NCBI GenBank assembly: GCA_000934665.2
Contig: JYFJ02000904.1
Coordinates: 1-64,000, forward strand
DNA length: 64,000 nt
From: Catajapyx aquilonaris
Lineage: Eukaryota
Direction: 5' to 3'
Within the stretch, counting starts at the first letter, position 1; every line of letters starts with the position of its first letter. Positions 1 to 12,010 of the stretch are shown piece after piece. A model generated the notes under the pieces. That model searched no databases. It was not told the origin of the DNA and worked only from the letters and a program-made list of their open reading frames with translations. The translations under genes were made by a program, and so were the position numbers.

Positions 1-12
1 ACCATGAAATAC

Positions 13-498
13 CTCTGTGTTTGCTGATCCGCAATTTCTGCCTGCGAGGTGGTAACTCAAACTTCGGCTTAGCTGCCCGGACACGTTCAGCACGTTTTAA
101 TAGATCATGCTCGAAACGTTTGCAGAGTGCCTCCAACTTCGGAGTTGCTCTCATTATCTTGGTGTTCCTGTAATAATGCAATTGATAATAATTATTATTA
201 CTGGTGTACCGAAGCAGTGGTAGCGGAGGGGATATGGTATCCGATTGCTAATTGGGAGGTATTGGGTTCGAATCCCGGTGGCCGCCGACCCTGACCGTGG
301 TTTTCTGTGGTTTCCCATGGTCTCACCAGGAAAATTTCGGGGTCGTGTCCGTAATTATAGGCCACAGCCGCTTCCTTCCGTCCTTATCCCATCCCCATAT
401 ACGAGAAGTAAAAAACGAAAGCAAGAGTTCCAGATAAAAAAAAATATGGTGGTATCCCACCCCCCTAAGAGGGCCCATGTCTCAAGCACGGGGTACAA

Positions 499-556
<58 letters not shown>

Positions 557-3500
557 ACTGGTGTCAGCAAAACATTATTTGCCAATGTACTGCTTTAGTT
601 GCCAACAAGAACGATGAGTGGAAAGGAATACCACTTACTCTTCATCCCGTATGTAGTGGAGATCAGCAGGTGCAGATCTCACCCAAACCTTCTTCTCCTG
701 CTCAAGCATTTCTTCCGGAGTCAATTTCTGCAGCATTTGTGGCAGCTTGGAAGACTCTCCCTTGGGTTCAGCTGGATCTGTGGCAGCAGAAGTTGATCTG
801 GAAAAAGCAAGGAAATATTATTGCCCTTATTGAATTACACAATCTAGACACACGCATGCCTCGCTAATACAGTGGCTCATGTTCCAGACCACTGACATAA
901 AGTGAATGTCACAATAGCGTGAATCACAGGCTTTTTAAACTTCATAGTCCATATGAAAGCCTCGAAACATGTTTACATTTTATATTTAGTGTGCAGGAGG
1001 GCTGAAGTCAAGTATACGGGACATTCCCCGAATCAATTTGGAAACAGTACCTGCGGCTTGCTGACCCTTTGAATCGTTGTTTTGCTTCTGGGGTTAAAGT
1101 CCGGGAAGTGACCAGGGACCCCGCAATTAATTCCTCAAGTTGTACCAGAATACAGATGGAATCATTGTCATCCTAATTGTTATGTCTCAGTTCGAATCGT
1201 AAGTTGCTAGGTTACGAATAGCCTCTTCTAAATTAATACAGATCGGTACAGATTTTGAGGTGATTATAGCATGGAATAGCCCTTTGTCTGGGTGATGCTG
1301 TATGGCTTTTTGTAACCGCAACAGTACTGTACATTGTTGTGGCCCTGCCAGGCACGGTACGTCGCCTGTGCGTGATATTTTTAGTTCTTGCGGAGCGCTA
1401 GCGGAGCTGGGCGCTTATTGTGGGTTTCTGTATCCGCCTACAATGCGGTCCTCCTTGTGCGCCGCAGGCCAATGAACGTTATTGTGCGCCGCAGGCCAAC
1501 GAACGTTATTGTGGCTTTGTCAAGCGCGAAATTTACCTCCACAGAGTCTGTTAAACCAACTAATGACATGCGACGTCACAATCCGCCCGCATCCACACTA
1601 CTCTCCCCTCCAATCATGTCCACGACTCACTCTGCAGACATACTACTGCTCATGCTCAGAAAACAGGGCTGGTGTGACCTCATGTCGTTCTGCAGCAACC
1701 ATCGTAGCATTTAAATTTGCCACCTCCTGCCCAGCACTCCCAACCCCGCCGCGCCGCGCCTCTAGATGCGGATAAACGATAAGCTTTCCAGATTTTCATT
1801 GTTGCCTAACGCTTTCTTGAGCTGGAGTGTTTCTCCGTAACCCAGCAACTTACGATTCGAACTGAGAGAAACAATGACACCATCTGTATTCTGGTACAAC
1901 TTGAGGAATTAATTGCGGGGTCCCTGGTCACTTCCCGGACTTCAACCCCAGAAGCAAAACGACGATTCAAAGGGTCAGCAAGCCGCAGGTACTGTTTCCA
2001 AACTGATTCGGGGAATGTCCCGTATACTTGATATAAGCCGAAAAGTCTTGCATTATCAAAGCACTTCAAAGCAAAGTGCCATAAAGCAATGTATGATGGT
2101 ATTGGAAAGGGAGCAGCATTCAAACATTTAAAATTTAAAATCTATGGCAACCAAAATTGAAATAATGTCCATTGTGCACCTTCTGTGAAAGCTGGCAATG
2201 TCTTTAACCTCGGCTTTAACATTCACTCAATTACTCAAGCATTCAAGCTTATTTCATCTCAACACTTTAGTCATAATACACAGAGGGGTAACATCATCAA
2301 CCTCATATAATTAATAACTCACGGCTGATCCTCAGGGCTTCTGTGTTCAGATCGTCTTGGTCGATATATACTCTCCTGGCTTCTGCTACTTGATCGCTCT
2401 CTCCTAGGCCTGGGTGGTGACCGTCTGTCCCTACCTCTCTCACGACTGCAGGACTGCCTGTCCCAGGTCCTTGATTCTAATCTCGACCTTCCAGAGTCCT
2501 TCTCACGATCCCTGTCTCGACTAGAAGAATACTTCCTCTCTCTAGACTCACTGCAACAAGAATTCATGTCAGTCAGTTCAGTGGCCCTTGAGATTTACCC
2601 TCACCTTGTCCGATCCCTGACAGGTGTTTGAGAGCGTCTCCTGTCATCTTCACGTTCTCGTGACCCAGACATGGATCTGTATCTATGCCTATGAGACCTC
2701 CTGTGATCAGTCGCTGGGCCGGATGAGTGTGGGTCCCTGGTGCCTGCATCATCCTGCGATTCCCTGACAGCAGAAGCAGAAGCCACTGCTGGTGTCGTAG
2801 CTGAGTTGTTCACCTGAAGCAGTGGGGGTGGGAGATTGACAGGGGGAGGGAAAGGAATTGGCATGTAGCAACAGAGCTGAGTTTGCCCTGGATTTTGAGG
2901 TTGGGTCTGGGGTTGTGGTGGCATGTATGGTACTGGGAGTGGTCCCTGTATGGGCACAACATTTTGGTACATGTTTGGAGGTGGACGCAGGGTCGGTGGC
3001 ACTGGAGACGGGAAGTGGCACTGCATTGCAGGCATGTTGGAGCCTTGCACGTTGAAGCCATGATTTGCTAATGGCATTGCAGGTTGCTGAAACAAGCCAT
3101 ACATTTTAGATATTAAAAGATATGTGCTATTGTACAATCAGAGTTGCCATATTAATTCTGCAGGTGTACGTGCAATGCATTCAGCAAATATACACTGCTG
3201 CTGAAAAGTTTAGCATCAGTGGCATTACGAGCCCAACTTAAAAAGCGATGCCATATGTTGAATACCCGTATACCATTTGTGGTGGTGGCAGTGGTTGTCC
3301 CCATTGCGGGGAGTACATGGAAGGCATGGAGCCCCAAGCAGGCGGCGGCGGGCAGTGCATGCCAGGAGGCATGGGCACACCGGGTGGTCCACCAGGCTGC
3401 ATTCCAGGGGGCGGCCCAGGGGCGAACCCCGGCCCTCCTTGCACCGCGGGTCCCATCGGGCGCGGGCCTCTCCCGAAGAACTCAGGCCCCATGCCGCCCC

Positions 3501-3757
3501 TCATCATGGCCGCCTGGTGCCTGACCGCCCCAGGTGGAGGAGGATCTCGAGGCATCTTCCAGTCCTGCGACGGATGGCCCGTGTGCTCTGCCCTACTCTT
3601 CTTCCCCTTATGTTTGGGCGCGTTGCTACCTCCGCTTCCGAACTGAGGGTCGCATTCGGACGGGTGTGGCTGACTCGGGGCTGGCGCCAACTACGAAAAA
3701 ATGGAGGCAGCAGCTCAACAAAACATCACAAAAATTAGTTAGATCACCAACAACCAT
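13..3757 (-). CDS. drosha: Drosha (class 2 RNase III), N-terminal part: Pro-rich region, RS-rich region and start of the central domain; continues beyond the left edge
   Basis: Exons 3690-3274, 3086-2605, 2550-2323, 797-639 and 167-13 have GT-AG boundaries and compatible phases (0,2,2,2). Translation gives a Pro/Gly-rich segment, an Arg/Ser-rich segment, then 'EKKVWVRSAPADLHYIRDE|ENTKIMRATPKLEALCKRFEHDLLKRAERVRAAKPKFELPPRRQK'. This resembles the conserved start of the Drosha central domain. The start codon is uncertain: GCACCATG|GT at 3757-3755, or an upstream exon at 10706-10605. Confidence 0.85.
205..410 (+). mobile_element. tRNA-derived SINE, degenerate, in a Drosha intron
   Basis: A-box-like TGGTAGCGGAGGGG and B-box GGTTCGAATCCC, followed by a body with 'gtggttttctgtggtttccc' and 'ggccacagccgcttccttcc' of the kind seen in insect SINEs. 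No cloverleaf 3' end. Boundaries approximate. Confidence 0.65.
499..549 (+). repeat. (TTA/ATT)n microsatellite
   Basis: About 16 perfect trinucleotide units; the source of the spurious poly-L and poly-N ORFs. Confidence 0.95.
1008..2031. repeat. Long inverted repeat (arms ~1008-1216 and ~1836-2031) inside Drosha intron 2322-798
   Basis: tcaagtatacgggacattccccgaatc...gttgctaggttacg is the reverse complement of cgtaacccagcaac...gattcggggaatgtcccgtatacttga, apart from a few substitutions and one short indel. Confidence 0.93.
1455..1513 (+). repeat. 27-bp tandem duplication
   Basis: ttgtgcgccgcaggccaa(t/c)gaacgtta twice, plus a partial third copy. Confidence 0.9.
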
Positions 3758-4093
3758 GGTGCATAATACTTGCCAATTTAGAGCCGACGGTATGACACTT
3801 GAGTTGATATGCTCAGTGTCGACGCAGAATTTCCGGAGGGGAAGGGACGTAAAGCCTGAGGGAGGGAAGGAGATAGAGAGAGCTGAACGAACGATAGGTA
3901 AATAAAGTAATTGGGCTTCTTTGAAATATTGAAATATTGTTAAACGGAAACGGAGACTGTCTCAAAGAGAAGATAATACCTTTCCCCCCCCCCCCCCCCC
4001 AATATATGCCTTGAAAAAACGCTATTTTAACTAACTTATGAGTTCGATTTATCGTAAGCCAGCTCTCACAATGGTTCCAGGATTAACATTTGT

Positions 4094-7000
4094 CAGTGGC
4101 GTAGGGAGGGGGGGGGAGGGGGGGGGTTGTAACCCCCCCCCCTCCCCCTTGGACCCAAAAAATATAGTTCAAATGCACTGTCCTCAGAAACCCCTACAAA
4201 ATCCATGCAGTCTTTTCTTGCATTCTTGTACATTTCTTCCCCCATATATGAGAGGCGGGGGTGTCGCAAGATAAGAGCCGCCCGATATCTTACTACAACT
4301 TGATATACCCGATTAAATCACCTGATGACGCGAATATGTGGTTTGTACACTTGATTTTTTTTTGTTGCGAAAAGCAGGGGTTGGTACCCCTACACCTGGG
4401 CCACTATTTTGGAAGGCGCTGACCATCCGGTGTTCACCGCTCATGCAGAATTATTTTGTCGCTCAGGGTTACCAATTCATGTCTACAACATTCCGTTTTG
4501 CCTATCGCTCAATGAGATGACCCCTGACCCCAACCACCATAATGTGAAGGTCACCTGGGCTCGCCTCCCAAAAACGAGGCTTCAATTTTTGCTAGACGTT
4601 TCTCCAAGAGGCTGCTCTTGCTCCAGCAGAAAAATATGTCTTGACCAATCATAAGGACTACTACATTTTGGACTACATCATTGACTCCATTGCGCAATTC
4701 CATGATTATTGTCGAAAATGCGACACTGCAAATAAAATCGTGAAAAAATAATTATTCATATGCGACTCAGCCCCCCCCCCCCCAAGGACGGCGCAGGCTG
4801 TCCAACCCTTCCACCCATGTGATGAACACCGGAGGAAAGGATGCGGCTATCTTTTTTCAACATGGGTATATTGCCTATTTTTGGGTTGCCTTTGCCTTTT
4901 CTAGCATTCTTGGACAGCCTATGTCTTTTCTTCCCCCAGTCGGCTCAAACCTCAAAGAGGTGCCTCCGGGGTGTCCCAAGATAAGAGTCTTAACGAAAGG
5001 GAAAAACAGTAGGCCAGCATGAAAGTGAACGAGTTCTGAATCACACTATTGGTTCGGAAAGGACCGTCTGACTGGAAATATTTGGTGTGAATCATTCTGG
5101 CGACTGAACGGGGCTAGGAAGGTGGTGGGCTTGCTTCTCTTCCGTTGACAGGACTTCTTGGACTGGACAAAGTGTTGATAGCAGTTCACTTGTCCCCTGC
5201 TCTGATGATGGCGGACTACAGATGTCCACTCGTTAAGGTAGCGTACCTCCATACTTCAAGCGGCCGTGCATTCTATGGCCACATTCTTAAGTTTTTGAGT
5301 GCTAGAGCCCAACAAGACCGCTCTCTGGCCGTATACGTACCAGCATGTATAGTTCAAGCCGCGGAAAAAAAGCGAAATGTTCGGCCAGGAGTGCGATTTC
5401 TTAAATATTACTGTGCCCCTTGCCCTCCTGAAAACGACTCTTATGAAAAGATATTTTGAAGAGTGGGCATCTACAAGGGGTGGGAAAAAATGGCCCGTGA
5501 AGTTGCAGTACATCTCCAAACTCTGAAACGTCCCAAACCCATCGAAACCAATTTTTTGCACAATCTGGAGCAACGATATGAATATTTGCACATCAGTTCT
5601 GTATTCAACACATATTTTGGGGGGAGATATGACAGCATAATTATGTCTCAGCATCACACTGCATGCGCCCTGTTGTCATAACATGAGAACAATAGATCAG
5701 TCAAATAATTTCATTTCGTGCCAGATACTGAACTCCAATGCTTGTTGTTGCATGCTTTTCTTCTCCATTTTCAGGATGTGCTGACATTGCAGCATCGTCT
5801 TCACTTTCATAAGATCAATTAATAATCCAACATATTGCCTCCAAATATTTACAATATGATGCCCGCCTATATGCTTGCACCATATGTGCCTATGTTATGG
5901 TCAGTACTGTTATGAGCAGTGAGCTAGTACAGCACATTTACATAATTTATTGCAGTGCAGTTTCCCAAAAGTGCAATATTGGAATCACTCATCCGGGGGC
6001 GGGCTGCCCCGGGCCGGATCCTCCCCAAACTCAAGTCAAGGGAAAGGCAGGATTATCTTCACCCCTCAAAAAATCCAGGGGGCATTCCTCCTAGCAGAGT
6101 TCCTGGGGTTTTCCCGTCTACCCAAAGACCCTATCATCCCCACCACCACCAAAAATGCCCCACTTCCCAACATGCTTAATCCTCAAAAAGGTTTGGTTTG
6201 GTTTGGAAGCGAAACTCTTTTGAGGATTAAGAATTTTGGTGGTGGGAGGGGGGTAGACAGGGAAAACCCCAGGAACCAGGCGGGATTGTTCAAAAAATCA
6301 GTTTCGCTCAAATTCTGGGTTAATTTTGATCTGTTTGCGGGAAGTGCGGGGGCATGATAAGATGTTTTAAAAAATCAACTTGTCAGGTTGCTCGTTTTTT
6401 TACAAAGACCCGTATTTTTCACAGAAAATCAGCATAGATTATTTTTCAAATATTTAACACATAAAATAATGAGATCAATAAAATATATCATTTTTTTCCT
6501 ATCACTACCACGGGCCTATCACTATACTGCTTGTGTCACCATTTTCTTTGCTAGAATCAGATTCCACCGCAGTAAAAGTGCAGCAAAGCAGGTTTTTTCT
6601 GAGTTTTAAAATTAATTCTCATCTTGACCCATTTCTTTTTCCCATGTAATGTAATGTCGAATATGGAGTTTGACTACAACTTGCACTATAATTATATTAT
6701 CCCATGAACACATTTTCTGATATTTTTACCTTTAAAATATTACGCTCTTTGTGTAAATTTCAGTCAATTCCCAAGAGTCTGTTGCGTCATTTGTCAGTTG
6801 TAATGAGCTTGCATTTTGCTGCCTTTTTCAGCATTTTCATTTTTAAAAGAAAATAACTGGCAGATGTCCATAAACTGGATCGTCTGGATGGATATAATGT
6901 TTGGGATGATTTTGGATGTGTAAAATTTGAGCATGCTGACGAAAGGAACCAAGCAGCATGCAAACCAGTTAAAAATAAATAACTAACTGGTCAGTTACAT

Positions 7001-7117
7001 TAACCTTAAGCATGTGTGAACTTGAACAGCAAAGAAAATTTCGCCTGCGGCGGGCCTCTTCGCTCTATGCCCTCACATAACCCCCCTCCCGTTACAAATT
7101 TCCTGGCTACGCTGCTG
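4094..7117. mobile_element. Possible degenerate non-autonomous hAT-like element
   Basis: Left end CAGTGGCGTAGGGAGG...gggggttgtaacccccc and right end ccccctcccgttacaaatttcctggCTACGCTGCTG are imperfect inverted termini, with a subterminal 'aaaattttcgcctgcggcg'. No matching 8-bp TSD is visible, so the two ends may belong to separate insertions. Confidence 0.35.
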
Positions 7118-7455
7118 ATGTAGCCTACAGTAGTATTTGGGCATACGTGGTACGACGGCTGAGAAATTAATTGAAAACTGAATCAGTGCTTTTTTGCTGA
7201 TGCGCCCCTTAACAAAATTAAACATACTGAATATCTACGAAACCTGACATATAAAACGAAGTGACTAATATTGGATATTGAGAAGTGAATAATTCCTATT
7301 TATTTGTAACAACTCATATGGGAACACTTCGAACACACCAGGTGGTTGGGAATATCATTCGCACAAATTGAATGACATAAATGTACGGCCATGGGTAAAA
7401 TTAGTGATTTAATTGTTTCTTTTTCTCCGATCAGGTTGTAACATCTTTAGCACAA

Positions 7456-9067
7456 ATGGCCGTCGGAAGAATGAACATCCAACAGCAAGTGGTAATATTA
7501 TCATGGTTCTCTCACAATAAATTATTATTATAGTAGAAAACTGCATTGCTGGCAGCTACACTTTATCTTGAGCGTTTATTGTAAATTCACAATTACTTGT
7601 ATTGACTTTGCCGTGCCTACCAGATGCATTGTAAATGACAGAAATCCATATACATAAAATATGCATATACAATAACGCATCACAAGCATGCATTTTGCGA
7701 TTAGGATATTGAGGCTACTAAATTTCCTTTCTCTTATCCGAAAACATCCACAGAATTAGGTTACGCGTCCAGGCATGATCGTACTGTACTCATTGCTACG
7801 AAATGGACAGATTTGAAATTTGAAAAAATGATTGCACAATAACATTTGCGTATGTACTGACAGAAATTTCTCATTATTTTAGGCTGTTCACGACCCATTC
7901 TTTGCAATGCCCGACGAGCTTCTTCTCCACATATTTGCTTACTTGACCCCAGACGACCTGGTGAAGAGTGTCCCGTTGGTGTCCAAAAGATGGGCCACTC
8001 TGTCCCGGGATAAAACCCTCTCGATACGGCTACGCATCGACCTGTCCAAGATGGACGTCCAAGAAGCCCTCAGACTGATCCAGATGACCACAAAGTTGCG
8101 CAGTTTGACCGTGGTCGGCTACAACTACAAGTCCTGGTTCAAGTGCGACGACATTCTGGACTCAGTGTCCAAGTTGGACAAGCTGACGTTGTGGGGAGTC
8201 AAAGTAGAGAAGATCTCCACTCTCTCCCGACTAGTCCAACGATGTGGCCACCTTGGAGACGTACAGATCAGTAGGTGTTGGCTTCCAAATTACCTTCCTC
8301 CCCTACTGGACATACTTGCTCCCTGCGGCCACCTGGAGTTCTTATCCCTGAACAATGGGAAATCCAAACGCCCACCGCTGCTGAACTTTACCATAGAACG
8401 TCGCTGGACACGCCTCCAGTGGGTGTATCTCTGGCCTCGTAACCACCCTGCCGACAGTGAACTCGACCTGTTGGCCTCCACTTCCTCAGGACACTTGCGT
8501 TCTCTTTCCATTTGTCTTCAGCATCCAGGGTCCTTCCTTCTCCTTGGCCAGTTCCAGCAGCTGGAGTTCCTGGACCTTTACCACCGCAGAATCACCGACG
8601 ACGGCCTCCTGGAAGGTCTCGGCCAGCTGACCAACCTCCGTCTCCTCACTCTGCAAGGCCCCTGCAGCCTGACCTCTCCAGCGATTCAAGCCTTCTTCTC
8701 CAGACCCCAGATCCAGTTGAAAACTCTGCGACTCGACAGAATCTTCAACATGGACGACTCCTGCCTGGAAGCCATCTCCAGATGCGCGTCGCTTCGTGAT
8801 GTGGTGTTGATCAGGTGTAACCAAATCACTCTTTCTGGACTGATCCAGTTGCGCAAAAAGGTCAGAGTCAGAACATCACTGTGCCTGCAAGTAAAGCTGT
8901 CTGAGACAATAAGACGTAACATACTCCAATTTTTCACACGGTACGGAGTTGTGATGCTGATTGACTTGCTGGATGCGTTTGGGATTGAAGTGATTCCCGG
9001 GCTGTTTGCGTTTCCGGCTGCGACCATATTCATGTTATCACTACTATATGTATTTTCCTGCCAGTAA
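7456..9067 (+). CDS. F-box/leucine-rich-repeat (FBXL-type) protein
   Basis: Exon 1 is 7456-7491 (MAVGRMNIQQQV|GTAATA); exon 2 is 7883-9067, in frame. The F-box motif 'MPDELLLHIFAYLTPDDLVKSVPLVSKRW' is followed by LRRs, e.g. 'LKTLRLDRIFNMDDSCLEAISRCASLRDVVLIRCNQIT'. Confidence 0.9.
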
Positions 9068-9572
9068 TATTCCTGTATTGCAGGAGTGTGCATGGTTCAG
9101 AGGGTTTGCAGAGTTCGGGGAATGGTTTAATGAATCTGAACATTTAGAGTGACTGCTGGAATTAGTCCGTTATTCAGCATTTATGCCAAGTTTTTGTTAG
9201 AGTGTGACAAAATATTCCATTAATCGCCATTGTTTTTGTTACCACCTCATTATTTTTATCCTCATAATTATTGTGTACGGATTGCATGTGTTTGAGGGCA
9301 TAAATAAACCGATATATTTGCAATGGCGATATTTTACGAATCATTATTTCATATTGTGATGAATTATTATTGCTGTGTTCTGAACTTCCAGCAACAGATA
9401 TACCGGCGGTATCGGCAGAGACTCCGCATCTTGGGTTTGTAACATGTGTACTGTGTAGACCTACCTTTATAGAGGTAGTACTATTATTGTTATGAAATTG
9501 ATGTTGTATTTTCGACGTCAATTAACAAGAACTAACAAATAAATTTTTCGAGTTTCCAACTGCTAAAATGAT

Positions 9573-9674
9573 GCGTGACTTTAAATAAATGCTGTCATTT
9601 TCTGATAATATGAACATGTAGGGGCCTACATGTTCATATTATCAGAAAATGACAGCATTTATTTAAAGTCACGC
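9573..9674. repeat. Perfect 50-bp-arm palindrome with a 2-nt spacer
   Basis: gcgtgactttaaataaatgctgtcattttctgataatatgaacatgtagg, then gg, then its exact reverse complement. Confidence 0.97.
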
Positions 9675-10604
9675 GGGGGCTCTTGTGATAAAGGTATAAG
9701 CTTCTGCATAAAGGCCTGTTTACGCCCTCACGATCGATGTGAGCCAACGTGTTTTGACGTGTGGTGTCATTTAGAAAAAAATGCCAACGATTTTGATTTA
9801 AACTTAATTATGTTACCCTGCAAAACCTATTCATTATCTTGAATTTTTCTGGAACGCACTTGCAGGAAAGGGACGGGTTGTCTTACACCGAATGTATTTT
9901 TTCATAGTGCTTGTTTTGATTGTATCCCTTCACTTACTTAGAGTCAGTGCCTCAGTGGCTATAGCCTTTGTTTGATCACTTTGCAGAGGTACAGAATGTA
10001 GCAACAATGCTTCAGTATTTTTTATCCTCAGGGGTGTGTTTGTTGAAGGCCAGGGAAACTAGAATGATTGTTATTTCCTAACGTTCGCAGTTCGCCACTG
10101 CATATTTAGCTTGTCATTTTATACTATCTGTATGTAAAATTGATGACTGTAATATTTAAAATATACTCTATCATGAATGGGCATACTTCTGAGTGTCGCT
10201 TTAAATTATTGATCCTCAAGTCCTATATCAGTTGATCCCACGGTTTCTCAAGTTCATAGCCAAGGTACAGTACACTACATGCTCTCAGTACAGTACAGCT
10301 CTAAGGGTACTTTGTAATAAGTCATACACATTTCTAAAAAGAACTTCTGGGCCACAGAGGATTCTTCTAAGAACATACGGGGTGTTACAAATAAAATGAA
10401 AGCAGAGGTTGCTAATTCAAATATTTTGCCAATTTAGGCATACTGGGCCACTTTTTCTTCATCACAGCCTTCACATGGCTCACGGTCATGTGCTTGTGCT
10501 TCGACATGTGGAAAAACTTCAGGTATAAGTAGGCCTACTAAAGAACTATAGTCTGATCCTAACTCCTCAGCAACCAACTTCGTCTCTCTTCCCAGCAATC
10601 TTAC

Positions 10605-10706
10605 CTTCTCGTTGGAAAGAAGTGGTCGTGGGACTCGACAGTTTCTGGTATATTGCCTTTTCGCATTCGGAGTGCCGACTATCATCCTAGTCACTTCTAT
10701 CGCCAT
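10605..10706 (-). other. Candidate upstream (first) exon of Drosha
   Basis: tcaATGGCG start, 34 codons, ending at a strong donor GAGAAG|GTAAGA in phase 0. This matches the phase-0 acceptor at 3690; no other minus-strand gene was found in between. Confidence 0.35.
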
Positions 10707-11849
10707 TGACTACGCGCCTGGAATTTCCAGTAGCTTGAGACCCAAATAATATGGCGAACCAGCTTGCGGGATCAATGGTAACAACACCTAAATTTCCTTC
10801 CCATTTATCAAGAATCTATACCAGATAGGTTTTGATAGAACCTGTCTTTCCTTTATGAAGATAATATAAACGAATATTGCATAATAAAAATGGCGTTTTC
10901 CAGAAATTAATTTTTGAAATGTGCATGTTGTTGCATAAAAACAAAAATCACCGCTCAGTATTAAATTTGTATCTCACTGAATACAAATATATACCAAATT
11001 TTGATCTAATTTAATAATAGAACGCATTCTACTTCGTTATAGAAAAAATAAAGATTAACAAATAGCTTCAGAAATAAACAAATAAATTAAGTTATTTATA
11101 TTGCGGCCATGTGTCGGTTCAGTGACGGCTACTAAAGATAATTATACAAAAGCCTTAAAGTGGCATTTTAAGCAATCACCATAAAAAACCATTGAATGAG
11201 GCATCCCTATATACCCTCGCCTTTCTCAGAAAGTACTCATGAGTGTACTCATGAGATGTTTTTGCTTCTCAACAGATGATATCAGGGAGCTGCAAAAATA
11301 TGGAGGACAGGGAACAACAAAATAATTTCTCTCTTTTATCTGTTACAACCTTCGCCTAGACTGCCAGGCATTTAATGCACTTCGTCATTATTACACATAT
11401 GTCCGGGAAGAAAACAAACACAGACGCTAAAATAAATAACTCCTTCACTATACAACAACCAGTAAAGTCACATGAAGGGAACCAAATGTTACACCCATTG
11501 TTATTTCAAACGAAATCTAAACCCATGACATTACACAATAATTTTATTAATGCTTCTCCAAACCACCAAACAGATATTATTGACTAGTAATGCAGTGATG
11601 TTATTTATAATTACTTTGTATTTTTTTCGTGTTTTTAAATTTGTTTATACATGTTTCATACATCTACATCGAGTACAGCATTGTGATGTGCACTTATAAC
11701 TACATCAAAAGGTGAAAACATTTGTGTATGGGTGTGGCAAAAGTACAAAAGTCAGCAATGACACACTTTGCAAATTAAAACTCCTGAGCAAAAGCGCATG
11801 TGTGATACTATCATGCACACACATATACACAAGTGTCCACTTCATTTAT

Positions 11850-12010
11850 AGGGTGGCTAGGGGTTGTAGTGGTTATCGCCACAGCCTTCTTCCTCTGAGG
11901 CCGCGCATTCGATACCCAGGTCGGTCAAATTAATTTCTCATGTGGAAAGAGTTCCTATGGGTTCTCTCCGTGTTAGCATGGGTTTTCCCAGTTCCCCCCA
12001 TAATCACGAG
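11850..12010 (+). mobile_element. Degenerate tRNA-derived SINE
   Basis: A-box-like 'gttgtagtggtta', B-box-like 'cattcgatacc', and body 'gggttctctccgtgttagcatgggttttcccagttcccc'. Confidence 0.45.

Noticed and set aside
205..290. Possible tRNA gene (GGTTCGAATCCC)
   Set aside because: No pairing acceptor stem or cloverleaf; the sequence continues into a SINE-type body.
245..598. Poly-Leu and poly-Asn ORFs
   Set aside because: They are translations of a SINE and the (TTA)n microsatellite in a Drosha intron.
1455..1513. CRISPR-like repeat
   Set aside because: Eukaryotic context; head-to-tail duplication with no spacers and no cas genes.
1806..2123. 105-aa minus-strand ORF as a Drosha exon
   Set aside because: The flanking exons 2550-2323 and 797-639 already join in phase; this ORF overlaps the inverted-repeat arm and ends in a stop.
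2319..3690. transformer/feminizer-like or generic SR protein
   Set aside because: The domain order (Pro-rich before RS) and the downstream in-phase exons fit Drosha instead.
10752..10775. TGGCGAACCAGC as an LTR primer-binding site
   Set aside because: No LTR pair or gag/pol remnant is visible nearby.
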